A stretch of 64,000 nucleotides of DNA from an uncultured Planctomycetaceae bacterium (lineage in GTDB: Bacteria; Planctomycetota; Planctomycetia; Planctomycetales; Planctomycetaceae): assembly GCA_963813715.1 (NCBI GenBank), contig CAWFAK010000012.1, positions 320,001 through 384,000 on the forward strand. The letters run 5' to 3'. The notes under the pieces are model-generated. The model saw only the letters and a list, made by a program, of their open reading frames with translations. It had not been told where the DNA came from and made no database searches. Below, one piece after another: positions 10,880-22,040 of this stretch. Made by a program: the position numbers and the translations under genes. The number at the start of each line of letters is the position of its first letter. Position 1 is the stretch's first letter.

Positions 10880-11329
10880 ATGGTTGAAAATCGTTGGCCC
10901 GCCCTGATCGTCGCCGTCGTGCTGGTGGTGTTCGGCATCACGCTGATCGTGTCGCACCGCCGCACACGACGCCGCCAATTGGGCAGCCTGCATCTCGAAG
11001 AAGGCGAAAGCCTGTTCCTGGAAAAGCGCTACCGGCGCCGGATGCGGATCGCGGTGACGTTCACGATCTTGGGCGTGTTGATCGGCGTGGGGGACGCGGT
11101 GCTGCCGATCCAGAAAAAGCAGCCGCTGGCCGTCACGCTCTATTGGATCGGCGTGCTCTTGTTGACCGGCTGGGTCATGCTGCAAGGGTTCTGGGATTTG
11201 TGGTCGACGGCCGCCTATACGGGGGCTGAACTGTCGCGCATCCGCCAAAAGCGCCGCGAACTCGAGCAGCAGCTGGTCGAATTCAAGCACCGCAACCTGG
11301 GCGAGCGGGACTTCGACGGGCAGTCTTGA
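10880..11329 (+). CDS. Hypothetical membrane protein (3 TM plus C-terminal coiled coil)
   Basis: Three hydrophobic stretches, RYRRRMR, charged helical tail. Confidence 0.7.
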   Translation: MVENRWPALIVAVVLVVFGITLIVSHRRTRRRQLGSLHLEEGESLFLEKRYRRRMRIAVTFTILGVLIGVGDAVLPIQKKQPLAVTLYWIGVLLLTGWVMLQGFWDLWSTAAYTGAELSRIRQKRRELEQQLVEFKHRNLGERDFDGQS

Positions 11330-11356
11330 GCCGTCCGAACGATCCCGCTCGCGGCG

Positions 11357-13345
11357 TCACTCGCTGCCGCCGGCTTCGTTCATCCCCAGCTGTCGCATCT
11401 TGCGATAGAGATTCGAGCGATGCACGCCCAGGAGCCGGGCCGCCTCGCTCATGTTTCCCTGCACGCGCTTGATCGAGCGGCGGATGAACTCTTGCTGGAA
11501 TTTGCGGCTGGCCATTTCGAGCGACATATCGCCCGACGGTTCCAGCGCCGCATCGCGGCCCGGATTGAGGATGAACTCCAGGTCCTCCGCTTCGACCTTG
11601 TCGCCGCTGCCCAAGTAAACGACCCGCTCCATCAGGTTCCGCAACTCGCGGACGTTGCCCGGCCAGGCATGCGATTGCAGCCGCCGCCGGGCGTCGGCCG
11701 AGAACTTCAGCGACGGCCGCCGCGCGCGAGCGCAAAACTGCTTCAAGAAGTATTCGGCCAACGGAATGACGTCTTCGGGCCGGTCCCGCAGCGGAGGCAG
11801 CACCTGCGTGACGACGCTCAGGCGATAGTAGAGGTCTTCCCGGAATTTTCGCAGTCGCACCGACTCGGCCAGGTTGGCGTTGGTCGCGGCAATCACACGC
11901 ACATTGATCGGGATACTCTGCGAGCCACCGACCCGGGTGATGACTTTTTGCTCGAGCACGCGGAGCAATTTCGCCTGCCCGGCCAGGCTCATATCGCCGA
12001 TCTCGTCGAGGAAGAGCGTGCCTTCTTCGGCCAGCTCGAACTTGCCGCGGCGCATTTCGCGGGCGTCGGTAAAGGCCCCCTTTTCGTGGCCAAAGAGCTC
12101 GCTTTCCAGCAGTGTTTCGGCGAGGGCCGCGCAGTTGACGGCGATGAACGGCAGCGCGGCGCGCGTCCCCTGAAAATGCAGCGATTGGGCCACAACTTCT
12201 TTGCCGGTGCCACTCTCGCCCAGAATCAACACGGGCAGGTCGGTCGCGGCGAGCCGCACGACTGTCGCCCGCAGCGCCACGATCGCCGGACTCTCGCCGA
12301 TGATCTGCACGCCCTGGGTCACTTGCTCGGTCAATTGTTCGATGCTGCGAGTCATCTGCTCGCGCTCTTGCGCGTTTTGCAGCGCGATGGCGGCGGGCAC
12401 GCCGAGCTGAGCCAGGGTCTCTTCGTCGTCGTCGCCAAACGGTCCGTCGATGCGGTTGATCACCTCGAAGGCGCCGATCAAGTTGCCCTCCACGTCGCGG
12501 AGCGCCTGGCAGAGCAGGTTGCGGGTGGTGAACCCGCTGGCCACGTCGACGCTCTTGTCGAAGCGCGGATCGCGATACGCATCGTCGACGCGAATCGACT
12601 TGCCCGTCTGCACCACCTGCCCGACGATGCCGGCCGTATCGGGCAGCCGCAGATTTCGCCCGTTCATGCCGAGGGCAGGCCGGGCGACGAGCTCGTGGTG
12701 ATAGCGGTCCCACAGAAAAATGCTGGCCCGCTCGCAGCCCAGGATTCGCGTGGCGGCCGTCGCCACCAGCTCGAGTAGCGGCTGCGACTCGCGCGTTCGC
12801 GAGAACGACGTCGCCACTTCGAGGGTGCTGGTCAATCGCTCGACGCGCTTGAGCCCCTGGGCGTGCCGCTCGACGATCGCCAAACAGATCCCCAGCACGC
12901 GACTGATGGCGACAACGGCCGGCAGCAATCCGTCCGACAGATTGCGACCAGCCATCAGCAGAACGTCGCCGGTGGTCGAATGCGCGGCGCCCAGGGGCGC
13001 GGCCAGGAATCGCCAGCCGTCCGCCGAGCCGTCCGCGTGAAACGCGCCCGCGTCGCGGTCGAGCACCTCTTCCAGCACGCGGTGCGGAATCTCCTCGAAG
13101 CCGCGGCGGCCGGTCTCGGCAACGCGCGTCCACTGGGGCGTTCGCTTGTAAACGGAACACCACTGGGCCGAAAACTCGGTGGTGATTTCGGGCAAACGCC
13201 GGTTCAGGAAGGACGTGGAAGTCGTGGCTTCCAGGGACGCCTCGAGCAGCCGCTCAGCCAGCTGGACGATGCCGCCCCCGGCCTCCGAGCGGGACAGCCA
13301 GGGCAAGTCTCCCCAACTCAGCCAACGAGCCTTGAGCGCGGTCAC
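11357..13345 (-). CDS. Sigma-54-dependent transcriptional activator (GAF + AAA+ + Fis HTH)
   Basis: GAF (CERASIFLWD, VDVASGFTTRNLLC), GESGTGKE, ESELFGHEKGAFTDA, FLDEIG, WPGNVREL, AARLLGVHRSNLYRK. Confidence 0.93.
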   Translation of the reverse strand: MTALKARWLSWGDLPWLSRSEAGGGIVQLAERLLEASLEATTSTSFLNRRLPEITTEFSAQWCSVYKRTPQWTRVAETGRRGFEEIPHRVLEEVLDRDAGAFHADGSADGWRFLAAPLGAAHSTTGDVLLMAGRNLSDGLLPAVVAISRVLGICLAIVERHAQGLKRVERLTSTLEVATSFSRTRESQPLLELVATAATRILGCERASIFLWDRYHHELVARPALGMNGRNLRLPDTAGIVGQVVQTGKSIRVDDAYRDPRFDKSVDVASGFTTRNLLCQALRDVEGNLIGAFEVINRIDGPFGDDDEETLAQLGVPAAIALQNAQEREQMTRSIEQLTEQVTQGVQIIGESPAIVALRATVVRLAATDLPVLILGESGTGKEVVAQSLHFQGTRAALPFIAVNCAALAETLLESELFGHEKGAFTDAREMRRGKFELAEEGTLFLDEIGDMSLAGQAKLLRVLEQKVITRVGGSQSIPINVRVIAATNANLAESVRLRKFREDLYYRLSVVTQVLPPLRDRPEDVIPLAEYFLKQFCARARRPSLKFSADARRRLQSHAWPGNVRELRNLMERVVYLGSGDKVEAEDLEFILNPGRDAALEPSGDMSLEMASRKFQQEFIRRSIKRVQGNMSEAARLLGVHRSNLYRKMRQLGMNEAGGSE

Positions 13346-13636
13346 TTACATCCCTCCGAGGCCGTAGGGCGCAATCAGTTTGATCGGCATGTATCGCTTT
13401 GCGCCTCATCCGCGGGACGACGTCCTTGCCCCGCTGCGATCACAATGATTCACATAATATCAGTCACGGGACGGTTCGCCACTCTGACTCAATCTGGCCT
13501 CGCGTCAGCAGTTTGGTCGTAAGATCCTGCTTGCAGCCACGAAGAGCGGCCTGATAATTGGGGAAGCTCCGCGCGAAGAGTCGCGGATAGCCACCGCGAC
13601 ACGGGCCGACCGGCACCGGCAAGAGGAGGCGAAGAG

Positions 13637-13879
13637 ATGATCCCGCAATTCTCTGAGACGAGTTGGATCGTGACGATTTCCATCTTGGGCGGCGTGGCCG
13701 TCGCCTGGGCGATCGTCGTCTGCGTGATCACCGTCGCCAAGATCGTGGTGCAGCACCGCGAACGGATGGCCCGCATCGGCATGGACATCAGCGCACAACG
13801 CGCGGCCGAAACGATCCCGCACCCGGGGGCCGAATCGTCGCATCCCAATGAGTGGCCGCGCAAATCTGTCGTCGGCTGA
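13637..13879 (+). CDS. Small hypothetical membrane protein
   Basis: GAGGAGG RBS; one TM helix followed by HRERMARIGM. Confidence 0.65.
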   Translation: MIPQFSETSWIVTISILGGVAVAWAIVVCVITVAKIVVQHRERMARIGMDISAQRAAETIPHPGAESSHPNEWPRKSVVG

Positions 13880-13942
13880 AACGTGGGCGACCTGCCGGCC
13901 TCAAGTCCGGCTTTCAGGGCATCCCTTTAGCGTCTGGAGCGG

Positions 13943-14754
13943 CTAGCGCCAGGGATTGTAGTCCGGCTCGACGCGATCCAATTGGCGGATCATCGCCGCC
14001 CAGAGGAACGGATAGCGCCGCGGCTGCGTGAGCACGGCCCGCGATTGCCGGGCGACCTCCGGCGGAGCGGCTTTCAGCGGCAGACCCGTCGACAGGGCGG
14101 ACAGGTTGATTTTGCAGGTCCGCTCCAAGTCGAGCATGTCGATCAGCGCCTGCTCCACCGTGCCGGCGCAGGTCAAGAGGCCGTGATTCGCGAGGATCAG
14201 GGCCCGCTTGTCGCCGAGCGACTCCACGATCCCGTTGGTCTGTTCGCCGTCGAGCACGATGCCCGTGTACTCGTCGTACACAGCGTGGTCTTCGAAGAAC
14301 GAACAGCCGGTCTGATCGAGCGGCTCCAGCGGAATGCCGAGCGTGCTGTAAGCCGTCCCTGCGGGCGGATGCGTGTGGCAGGCGCAGTTCACGTCGGGTC
14401 GCGCGTGATGAATGGCCGAATGAATGCAGAAGCCGGCCTGGTTGATGAGCGGATGCCCGTCCAGGATTTCGCCGGCCGAATTGACCAACACGAGGTTGTC
14501 GGCCCGCACTTCGTTAAAGAAGAGGCCGAACGGATTGACCCAAAAATACTCCGGCGCCCCGGCACGCGCAGACTGATGTGACCGGCCACGCCGTCATCGA
14601 GACCGGCCCGCGCCAAAAACCGATAGGCGGCCGCCAGCTTTACGCGCTCGGCTCGCGCCTCGGGTGAACTCGCCAGCTTCAGGACACGATCTTTCTCAGC
14701 CGAAGGTGCGGCCACCCGTTCCACGGCAATCGATTCGGGATTGATGGTCGTCAT
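13943..14754 (-). CDS. Class II aldolase/adducin family protein (frameshift ~14551)
   Basis: LAAAYR..GVAGHISLRVPG, then NQAGFCIHSAIH, CHTH, NHGLL. Confidence 0.88.
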
Positions 14755-14949
14755 AGCGCCTGACTCCGGTGAAATGCGGGAATAAGTTTCGTCCGTCAGC
14801 CTGCACCAACGTTGAAGAAGCCTCGATCCTACTGTGACCGCGCCAGCCGAGCAATCTGCCGTTTTTGCCGACCAATTTCCACACAACAGATTCAACCGGC
14901 GAGACAATCGTTCGCGTCCGACGGATCGCGGAAAGCCCAAAACCGCTGC

Positions 14950-14979
14950 TTGTCGCGGGCTTTCACCCACTCCTATAAT
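14950..14979 (+). promoter_or_regulatory. Putative sigma-70 promoter TTGTCG-N18-TATAAT
   Basis: Consensus -10 hexamer about 105 bp upstream of the YqgE/AlgH start. Confidence 0.55.
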
Positions 14980-15083
14980 GCCCTGCGCTTCGGCCTGCTC
15001 GCATCGGCCTCCGCACTTTGGGAGCTCGCGCCAGCGGTCGAGCCGAAGACAGTTCCGACTTACTCACCTTAGTTGGATCCCAG

Positions 15084-15649
15084 ATGGCCGAGTCACTTCG
15101 CGGGCACTGTCTGATCGCCGCCAAACGGCTTCGCGACCGCAATTTCTATAAAACGGTCGTCCTGATGGTGGAACACGGATCGGACGGGGCGATGGGGCTG
15201 GTCATCAACCGCCCGTCCTCGGTCACCGTAGCCCACGCTCTCTCGGAGCACTTCAAGCTCCCCGAGACCGACGACTTGGTTTACGTCGGCGGGCCAGTCG
15301 AACCCTCGGCCCTGTTCATCGTGCACAACTCGCTCGAGTTCGATACGGACGAGTCGCCGGTGATTCCGGGCGTTTACGTCGGCAGCAGCGCGGAGGTTTT
15401 CGAGCAAATCGTGCGGTCGTCGGCCGAAGGAAATCCCGACCTGCGGTTCCGCATTTATTCGGGTTGCGCCGGCTGGGCGCGGGACAGCTCGAAGGTGAGT
15501 TGGCACGCGGCGACTGGTACACGCTGCCTGCCCACGACTCGGCAATCTTCAGCGACGACCCATATTTGGTGTGGGACGAATTGATGGCCAAGGTGCAGGA
15601 CTCCAACCGCATCCTGCCTCAGTTGTCGGGCAACCCCGAGTGGAACTGA
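15084..15649 (+). CDS. YqgE/AlgH family protein (frameshift ~15480)
   Basis: GAMGLVINRP, GGPV, RIYSGCAGW, then GQLEGELARGDW in the other frame. Confidence 0.9.
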
Positions 15650-15739
15650 CGGCGCTCTCCGAACTCGGCGGCGCCTCGTTCGACCCGCTTGTCGCACTTC
15701 GCCAACAGGATTCTCTTCGTCAAGTAGTGAGGAGCCGAC

Positions 15740-16696
15740 ATGGACGTGATCTCCCTCTCCGACGGCCACGGTTCAACGGCGAAGGTCACGCCGGCGTTGG
15801 GCTTTAATTGTTTTGACTTTCAGGCCCGTGTCGGCAACGAGACGATTCCCGTGCTCGACGCTTCGCCCCAGTTCGCACGGGGCGGCGACAAGCCGAGCGG
15901 CCACGGCATCCCGATTCTTTTCCCCTTTCCCAACCGCATCCGCACCGGCCGCTTCGCCTGGAACGGAAAGCACTACGAGATCCCCGAGTCGAACGCGTCG
16001 TACAACTCGGGCAACGCCATTCATGGCTTCTGTCTCGACCGGCCCTGGCGCGTTGCCAACCGCGGACCCGACTTTGTGGCTGGCGTGTTTCAGCTCAGCC
16101 GCGACGCGCCGGACCGCGCGAGCTATTGGCCGGCGGACTTCCGCCTCGAGGTTCGCTATACCGTTCGCGCCGCCAGTCTGCGGGCCGACTTCTTGATCGT
16201 CAATCCGTCCGCTGACCCGCTTCCCTGGGGCTTGGGAACGCATCCCTATTTCAAATTGCCCCTGAGCACGAAAAGCCAGGCGGCGCGCTGCCTGGTCTCT
16301 GCCCCGGCCAGCCAGGAATGGGAATTGATCGATTGCCTGCCCACAGGGAAGCGGCTGCCGATCACTGAGCCGAAGGATTTGCGCGAGGGCGCGTACTTCG
16401 ATACGCTCAAGCTGGACGACGTGCTGACAGATCTGGGAGACACGCGAACGATCGAATGCGGCATCACCGACGAGCACGCCGGCCTGCAAATCACGCAGCG
16501 ATTTCCCTCCGAGTTTCGCGAGCTGGTCGTCTACACGCCTCATAATCGGGACGCGATGTGCCTCGAGCCATACACGTGTGTCACCGACGCGATCAACCTC
16601 GCGCCCCGGGGCATCGAAACCGGCTGGCGCGTGCTCGAGCCGGGCAGCGAATTCCGCACCTGGATCGAGATCAAGGCCGGCCAGGTCATTGCCTGA
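15740..16696 (+). CDS. Aldose 1-epimerase family protein
   Basis: LFPFPNRIR, NAIHG, GLGTHPYF, CLEPYT. Confidence 0.9.
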   Translation: MDVISLSDGHGSTAKVTPALGFNCFDFQARVGNETIPVLDASPQFARGGDKPSGHGIPILFPFPNRIRTGRFAWNGKHYEIPESNASYNSGNAIHGFCLDRPWRVANRGPDFVAGVFQLSRDAPDRASYWPADFRLEVRYTVRAASLRADFLIVNPSADPLPWGLGTHPYFKLPLSTKSQAARCLVSAPASQEWELIDCLPTGKRLPITEPKDLREGAYFDTLKLDDVLTDLGDTRTIECGITDEHAGLQITQRFPSEFRELVVYTPHNRDAMCLEPYTCVTDAINLAPRGIETGWRVLEPGSEFRTWIEIKAGQVIA

Positions 16697-16897
16697 CGAT
16701 CGACGGCTCGCCCTCGCCCCTTGCTAGTCCGAGCAGTCCGAGAATGTCGGCCGGGTCGTTTGACCGGCTAGCGGTGGGGTTGTTTTCGGCCGCCGGACGG
16801 GTTTCGGTCCGAGCCGCCGTGCTGGCCGCATGATAGAATGAAAGGGGCCGACGGCGCTGCGCGGCATTAACGAACGCTTGCGCGATTGGGGACGTCC

Positions 16898-19768
16898 GTG
16901 ATCTCGAACTGCAAACTCGTCTCGAAGGCGGCTTCGCAAAGCCCCTGGCCCGGTCTCTTCTGTTGCCTGATCGGCCTCGCTTGCCTCTTGGCAACGTCCA
17001 CCGTCTCTGCTGCCCAAAATTCTGCCGGGGCTGCCGCATCGTTGGGGCCGACGGTCGAGATCGAATCGCTCCATTTGGGATCGATCTATTCCTATTACAA
17101 CCCGCCCGCCGGCACCCGGTTTCTCGCTGTTCAGATCAAGGTCACCAATCACGATTCCAAGCCGCTCGCCATTCGCACTCAGGACGTGCTGCTGCACTGC
17201 GACGGCACGGATTACAAGCAGCGCGACACGGTCGGCGCACTGCGCAACAGCGCGTTCCAGGTCCGCGGACGTAGCGTGAACGTCAACAAGATGCAGCCGA
17301 CCGCCGAGCTGCAAGTGGCGCCGGATGCCGCGGCAGAGAAGTGGCTGGTTTTCGGCGGGCTGCCTCCGGGCAATCAAGTGCCGACACTCGTGCTGCGAAT
17401 CGCGGCCGCCGGCGCCCCGCACGAAATCGACCTGAACGAAGCGGCGCGGCGTCAGATGAAGCTGACGGTCGAGCGGATCGGCCCCCGAGGCTGTCTCGCT
17501 CTGTTGACCGTTGCCGGCGAGCTCAACACGGTGAACATCGGCAGCCTCGTCGGCACCTTGGAATCGCTGGTCGCGCAGAAGGTCGTGCGGGCTGTGATCC
17601 GCTTCGATCGGTCGGTGCCTCAGCTCGACGGTCAGATTCTCAGCTGGCTGCAGCAGGGGGCGTTTCTCGCCGGTCGCGGCGAAAACAACAATATGCAGCT
17701 GCCGCTCTTCCCCGCCGCCCTGCGGGAGTTGCACTTGGCGCGGCTGCCTAATCACTCGGCCGAAAACCTCGAGGGGGCCGCAGGTGACGAGCCGCGGATT
17801 CACCAGCGTGACGCGGTCGCCGTGCGGGCCGCGCTCAAGTCGGCCATCGAGTCCCTGCCCCGGGCCGAGTTGCTCGCCGAAATTGAAAAAGGCCATCCGC
17901 TGGTCCGGCCGGTCGCGCTCGCAGACGGCGGCAGCCGCCTGACGTCCGAGGACCTGCCACTCGTGCTGCGATTTGCCGACGGCGACGACGTGAAGATGCA
18001 GCTGGCCGCGATCACGGCGCTACGGCACTTCGGCGAGCCGGCCGCCATCGACAAGCTGCTCTTCTACGCGCGGCGGAATGTCGAGCCGACCGTCTCGGCG
18101 GCGATCGAAAGCCTGGCCGCCTCGCGTTATGCGGTGGCCCACCAGGCGCTGTTGGACGTGTTGAAGAAGGAGCATCCGGCTTCGCGACGGATCATCGTGC
18201 GCGTGCTGGCCAAGTATCCGCGGCCGCTCTGGTCGGACACGATCTACTCGTTCATCAGCGATCCGGATCCGAGCGTGGCCGTCGAAGCTCTGCGGGCCCT
18301 CGTGGAAACGGGTCATCCGCGGCTGTTGGATTTGCTCAAGGACGCTCTCGCCCGCGGCACACCGCCGGTGAGGGAGGAGGCCTTTCAGCTGTTGTCGAAG
18401 CGGAGCGACCCGCAGAGCGAAGAGCTGGCTCTCGAATATGCGCTGCAAGCCATGAAGTCGGGCGCTCCCAACACGAACGTTTACGAGCTTTTGACCCGGA
18501 CGAAGGATCCGCGGGCGATTCCGCTGCTGCTGCACGAACTCGATCGGGTGTCCGGCAGCCGTTCGCAAGTCATCAACGTGTTGGCGCAAATTGGCGACCA
18601 GTCGGCAGCGGAGGCGCTGGCGGCCAAATACCCGACGCTTTCGGATCGCGACAAAGCGTCCACCTTGAACGCGCTGCAGACGCTCAAATCGCCGCACTTC
18701 CGTCGCTTTGCCGGCGAGGCGCTGATGCGGGGGGACACGTCGCTCGTGAGCACGGCCATCATCGGTCTGCAAAACGACGGCGGTCCGCAGGCCGTGCAAT
18801 TGCTGGTGAACGCCTTGGAATCGTCCAAAAATCTTACGATCTGGTCCTATATTACGAATGCCCTGGCCAACTTCGGCACAACCGAAGCCAAGGTGGCCTT
18901 GCAGCGAGCCCGCGACTCGGACAATCCGCGAAAGCGCAAGCTGGCGCTGGAAGCGCTGCGTCAAATGAGCCAGCGGTCCCCCGGCTATCCGGCATTTCTC
19001 ACCGCCCGACAGTCGGCCCAGAGCGAACGCTGGGACGAGGCGATCTCGCGCTACGCTGCGGCCATCGAGCTCGATCCCGAATTGTCCGACGCCTATTCCG
19101 GTCGCGGTCACGCGCTCTTGCAGGTCAAAAAGCTGGCCGAGGCACACAAGGATTTCACCAAGGCGGTGGAGCTCGACCCGTATAGCGCGGAAGGCGTCAG
19201 CGGATTGGGCATCTGCCTGGTGATGGAGGGCGACGTTGCGGGGGGCACGAAGACCATCGAAGACTCCCGCGCGAAGCTCAGCGACGATTTCGTGTTCACG
19301 TACAACGCGGCCTGTGTCTACGGGCGGGCAGTCGAGCAAACGTCGAAGCTTCCCCCTTCGCCCGAACGGGAAAAGAAGACCACGAGGTTTCGCAAGCAGG
19401 CGCTCACCGATCTGCAGCTCTCCGTGAAGCTCGGCTTTCCCGACATCGATTGGATGAAGAAGGACGCCGACCTCGAGTCGCTGCACGGCCTCACGGAATT
19501 CAAGCGGATCGTGTCGCCCGACGAGAAGCACGGCCCCGACGAGAATTCGGGCGACGACAATAACGGCGACCCGAAAACCCCGGCCGCCGACTCCGCCGGC
19601 AAGGGCGCGGCGGCCAAAACGCCAGCCGGAAAACACGCCTCCCCCAAGCCCGCAGCGCAAAAGACGGCTTCGCGAAAACCCGAAGAGGGCGCCGAAAATC
19701 GTGGCGGGCGATCGACGACCGACGACGCGATCCGGGCCGACCTGATGTTCGAGGACGCGCGGCCTTAG
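16898..19768 (+). CDS. Exported multidomain protein: DUF4352-like Ig domain, STAS-like segment, HEAT repeats, TPR repeats
   Basis: Signal peptide; FLAVQIKVTN; LLTVAGELNT; repeated helical HEAT-like units; AIELDPELSDAYSGRG; YNAACVYG; low-complexity tail. Confidence 0.75.
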   Translation: MISNCKLVSKAASQSPWPGLFCCLIGLACLLATSTVSAAQNSAGAAASLGPTVEIESLHLGSIYSYYNPPAGTRFLAVQIKVTNHDSKPLAIRTQDVLLHCDGTDYKQRDTVGALRNSAFQVRGRSVNVNKMQPTAELQVAPDAAAEKWLVFGGLPPGNQVPTLVLRIAAAGAPHEIDLNEAARRQMKLTVERIGPRGCLALLTVAGELNTVNIGSLVGTLESLVAQKVVRAVIRFDRSVPQLDGQILSWLQQGAFLAGRGENNNMQLPLFPAALRELHLARLPNHSAENLEGAAGDEPRIHQRDAVAVRAALKSAIESLPRAELLAEIEKGHPLVRPVALADGGSRLTSEDLPLVLRFADGDDVKMQLAAITALRHFGEPAAIDKLLFYARRNVEPTVSAAIESLAASRYAVAHQALLDVLKKEHPASRRIIVRVLAKYPRPLWSDTIYSFISDPDPSVAVEALRALVETGHPRLLDLLKDALARGTPPVREEAFQLLSKRSDPQSEELALEYALQAMKSGAPNTNVYELLTRTKDPRAIPLLLHELDRVSGSRSQVINVLAQIGDQSAAEALAAKYPTLSDRDKASTLNALQTLKSPHFRRFAGEALMRGDTSLVSTAIIGLQNDGGPQAVQLLVNALESSKNLTIWSYITNALANFGTTEAKVALQRARDSDNPRKRKLALEALRQMSQRSPGYPAFLTARQSAQSERWDEAISRYAAAIELDPELSDAYSGRGHALLQVKKLAEAHKDFTKAVELDPYSAEGVSGLGICLVMEGDVAGGTKTIEDSRAKLSDDFVFTYNAACVYGRAVEQTSKLPPSPEREKKTTRFRKQALTDLQLSVKLGFPDIDWMKKDADLESLHGLTEFKRIVSPDEKHGPDENSGDDNNGDPKTPAADSAGKGAAAKTPAGKHASPKPAAQKTASRKPEEGAENRGGRSTTDDAIRADLMFEDARP

Positions 19769-19834
19769 TCCGGCCGCTTAGAACGTCAACCGCAGCAGGC
19801 CTTGGCCGGGAGCCGGAGCGAAGGGATTGTGCCG

Positions 19835-20416
19835 ATGGTTTATCTCGACCGCATCTACACCAAGAGCGGCGACAAGGGACAGACATCGCTCGGCGACGGC
19901 TCGCGCGTTCCCAAGACCGACAGCCGCATCGTGGCGTACGGCACCGTCGACGAGCTCAACTCGCTGATCGGCGTCGTCGTCGCCGCCGGAACTCCAGAGC
20001 CCGTGGCTTCGGGGCTCAAGCACATTCAAAACGACCTGTTCGACGTGGGAGCCGATCTCTGCGTTCCGGTCGCTTCCGGAACCGAGGCCGAGGGGCATTT
20101 GCGGGTGACCCCGGAGCAAGTGACTCAATTGGAACGGTGGATCGACGGAGCGACGGACCAGCTCCAACCGCTGAAAAGTTTTGTGCTGCCGGGAGGCACC
20201 ACCGCGTCGGCACATCTGCACTTGGCGCGCACCGTGTGTCGCCGCGCCGAGATCAAGATTTTGCTGCTGGCTGAGTCAACTCCCATCAATCCGCAGGTGA
20301 CGATCTATCTCAATCGCCTCTCCGATTTGCTCTTTGTCTGGGCGCGGCTTTGCAACGACGCGGGCCAGAGCGACGTCCTCTGGGTGCCGGGCAAATTCCG
20401 CACGCCCCCGCCCTAA
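19835..20416 (+). CDS. pduO: Cob(I)alamin adenosyltransferase, PduO type
   Basis: IYTKSGDKGQTSL, AYGTVDELNS, IQNDLFDVG, FVLPGG, RTVCRRAE, YLNRLSDLLF. Confidence 0.92.
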   Translation: MVYLDRIYTKSGDKGQTSLGDGSRVPKTDSRIVAYGTVDELNSLIGVVVAAGTPEPVASGLKHIQNDLFDVGADLCVPVASGTEAEGHLRVTPEQVTQLERWIDGATDQLQPLKSFVLPGGTTASAHLHLARTVCRRAEIKILLLAESTPINPQVTIYLNRLSDLLFVWARLCNDAGQSDVLWVPGKFRTPPP

Positions 20417-20586
20417 GAGCCGCGCACGCAGTCAGCGGTGCCCTTTGGTCCTTCGTGTCTTCCGCCACGCAGGCCGCGTCGCGCGGCTTGCGAGCGACCG
20501 GCGCAGCAGCTAGTTTTGAGGGTCCCACGCCGCCTTTCGTTCGCCTCCCCCGGATCCCATTCCGCAGGATTTAGAGCAGGATTTGC

Positions 20587-22012
20587 ATGCAACGACTCGT
20601 TTTGCGCGGGAAACACCACGGACGCTTGGCCGTCGCCCCGCCTAGCTTGTTAGCCCTCGCCCTCTGTGCTGCTTTCACTATCGCCGGATGCGGACCCCCG
20701 CAGCCAAAGACGGCGTGCGCCGACGGCAACCTCCGACGCGCCTCCGGGACACGCGGGCGGCGACGGCAAGGGGGACGCCGCTACCGCAACGACCAGCGCC
20801 CCGGCCGCCGCCGAAACAGCCGATGAGAGCCCGGCAAAAGCCGACAATCCGGCCGACATCGCCGCGCTCAAGGCGGCCGGCGCCCAACTGCGCTCCTCCG
20901 GCGGCTCGGTGGTCGCAGTCGATCTCTCCGAACAGAACGGCACGGACGAGATCCTGCTCCATCTGAAGGGCCTGCCCGCTCTGCGGCAATTGATCCTCGC
21001 CGGGCCGTCCTATTCACCCGAGGGCCTGGCACACCTGGGCGAGGTCGTGCAGCTCAAGCGGCTGGAGCTGGAGGCGACGCAGACCAACGATGCTGTATTG
21101 GCCGCGCTCAAACCGCTCGTGAACCTCGAATTGATCAAACTTTTCAAGACCGACGTCCGCGACGAGGGCCTCAAAAACCTGGTCGCGCTCGCGCGGCTCA
21201 AGGACATCGATTTGCGCCGCACGCTCACTGGCGATCCGGGTGTCGCCAACTTGAAAGGCCTCGACAACCTCAAAGCGCTCAAGCTGCAGGACACCCGCGT
21301 GACCGAAGCGTGTCTCGATGACGTCAGCAGCCTGCCGCGACTCGAGGGGCTCGGCCTCTCGGGCACGAACTTCGGCGATTCGGCTCTCAAAAAGATCGGC
21401 AAGCTGACGAAGCTTCGCAGCCTACAGCTCGACGACACGCTGATCACCGATGCGGGCCTCGCCAATCTGGAAGGGCTCACCAAGCTCGACGTTCTGCATC
21501 TGCGGCGGACGCACGTCGGCGACGCGGGGCTGGCGCACATCGCTGGGCTGTCCAAGATGCGCGTGCTGATGCTGCGCGACACGCTCGTCGGCGACGCCGG
21601 CATTGCTCACCTGGCCGGCATGTCCAATCTCGATACGCTGGAAATCAGCGAAACGCAGGTGGGCAACAAGGGGCTAGCCACGCTGGGCGGTCTGAAAAAA
21701 CTGGCCCGCCTCGAGATTTGGAAAACGCAAATCACGGCAGCCGGCATGGGTTCGTTCAAAGATCTGACGAACCTCGTCGAGCTCAACCTCGACAGCTGCG
21801 AAATTTCCGACGACAGCTTGAAAAACCTCGAAGGGCTCAAGCGGCTGGAAAACCTCAATCTGTCGAGCACGCCGATCAGCGATGCGGGCCTTGACCACCT
21901 CAAGGGGCTGACGGCATTGCGGTCCCTCGATCTGAGCAACGCCGGCGACATCACCGAAGAGGGGATCGAGAAGCTCAAGAAATCGCTCCCTGAGTGCCAC
22001 ATCAAACACTGA
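20587..22012 (+). CDS. Leucine-rich repeat lipoprotein (frameshift ~20716)
   Basis: Lipobox IAG-C in ORF 20587; about 14 repeats of 24 aa (LxxLxLxxTxVxDxGLxxL) in ORF 20666. Confidence 0.85.
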
Positions 22013-22040
22013 TCGCGCCCGACAACGGAAGGCGTTTCCC

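Noticed and set aside
12060..12090. GAFTDA instead of GAFTGA in the sigma-54 activator
   Set aside because: A common natural variant, not evidence of novelty.
13346..13636. Sigma-54 promoter next to the enhancer-binding protein gene
   Set aside because: Only a weak GG-N10-GC match without TTGC.
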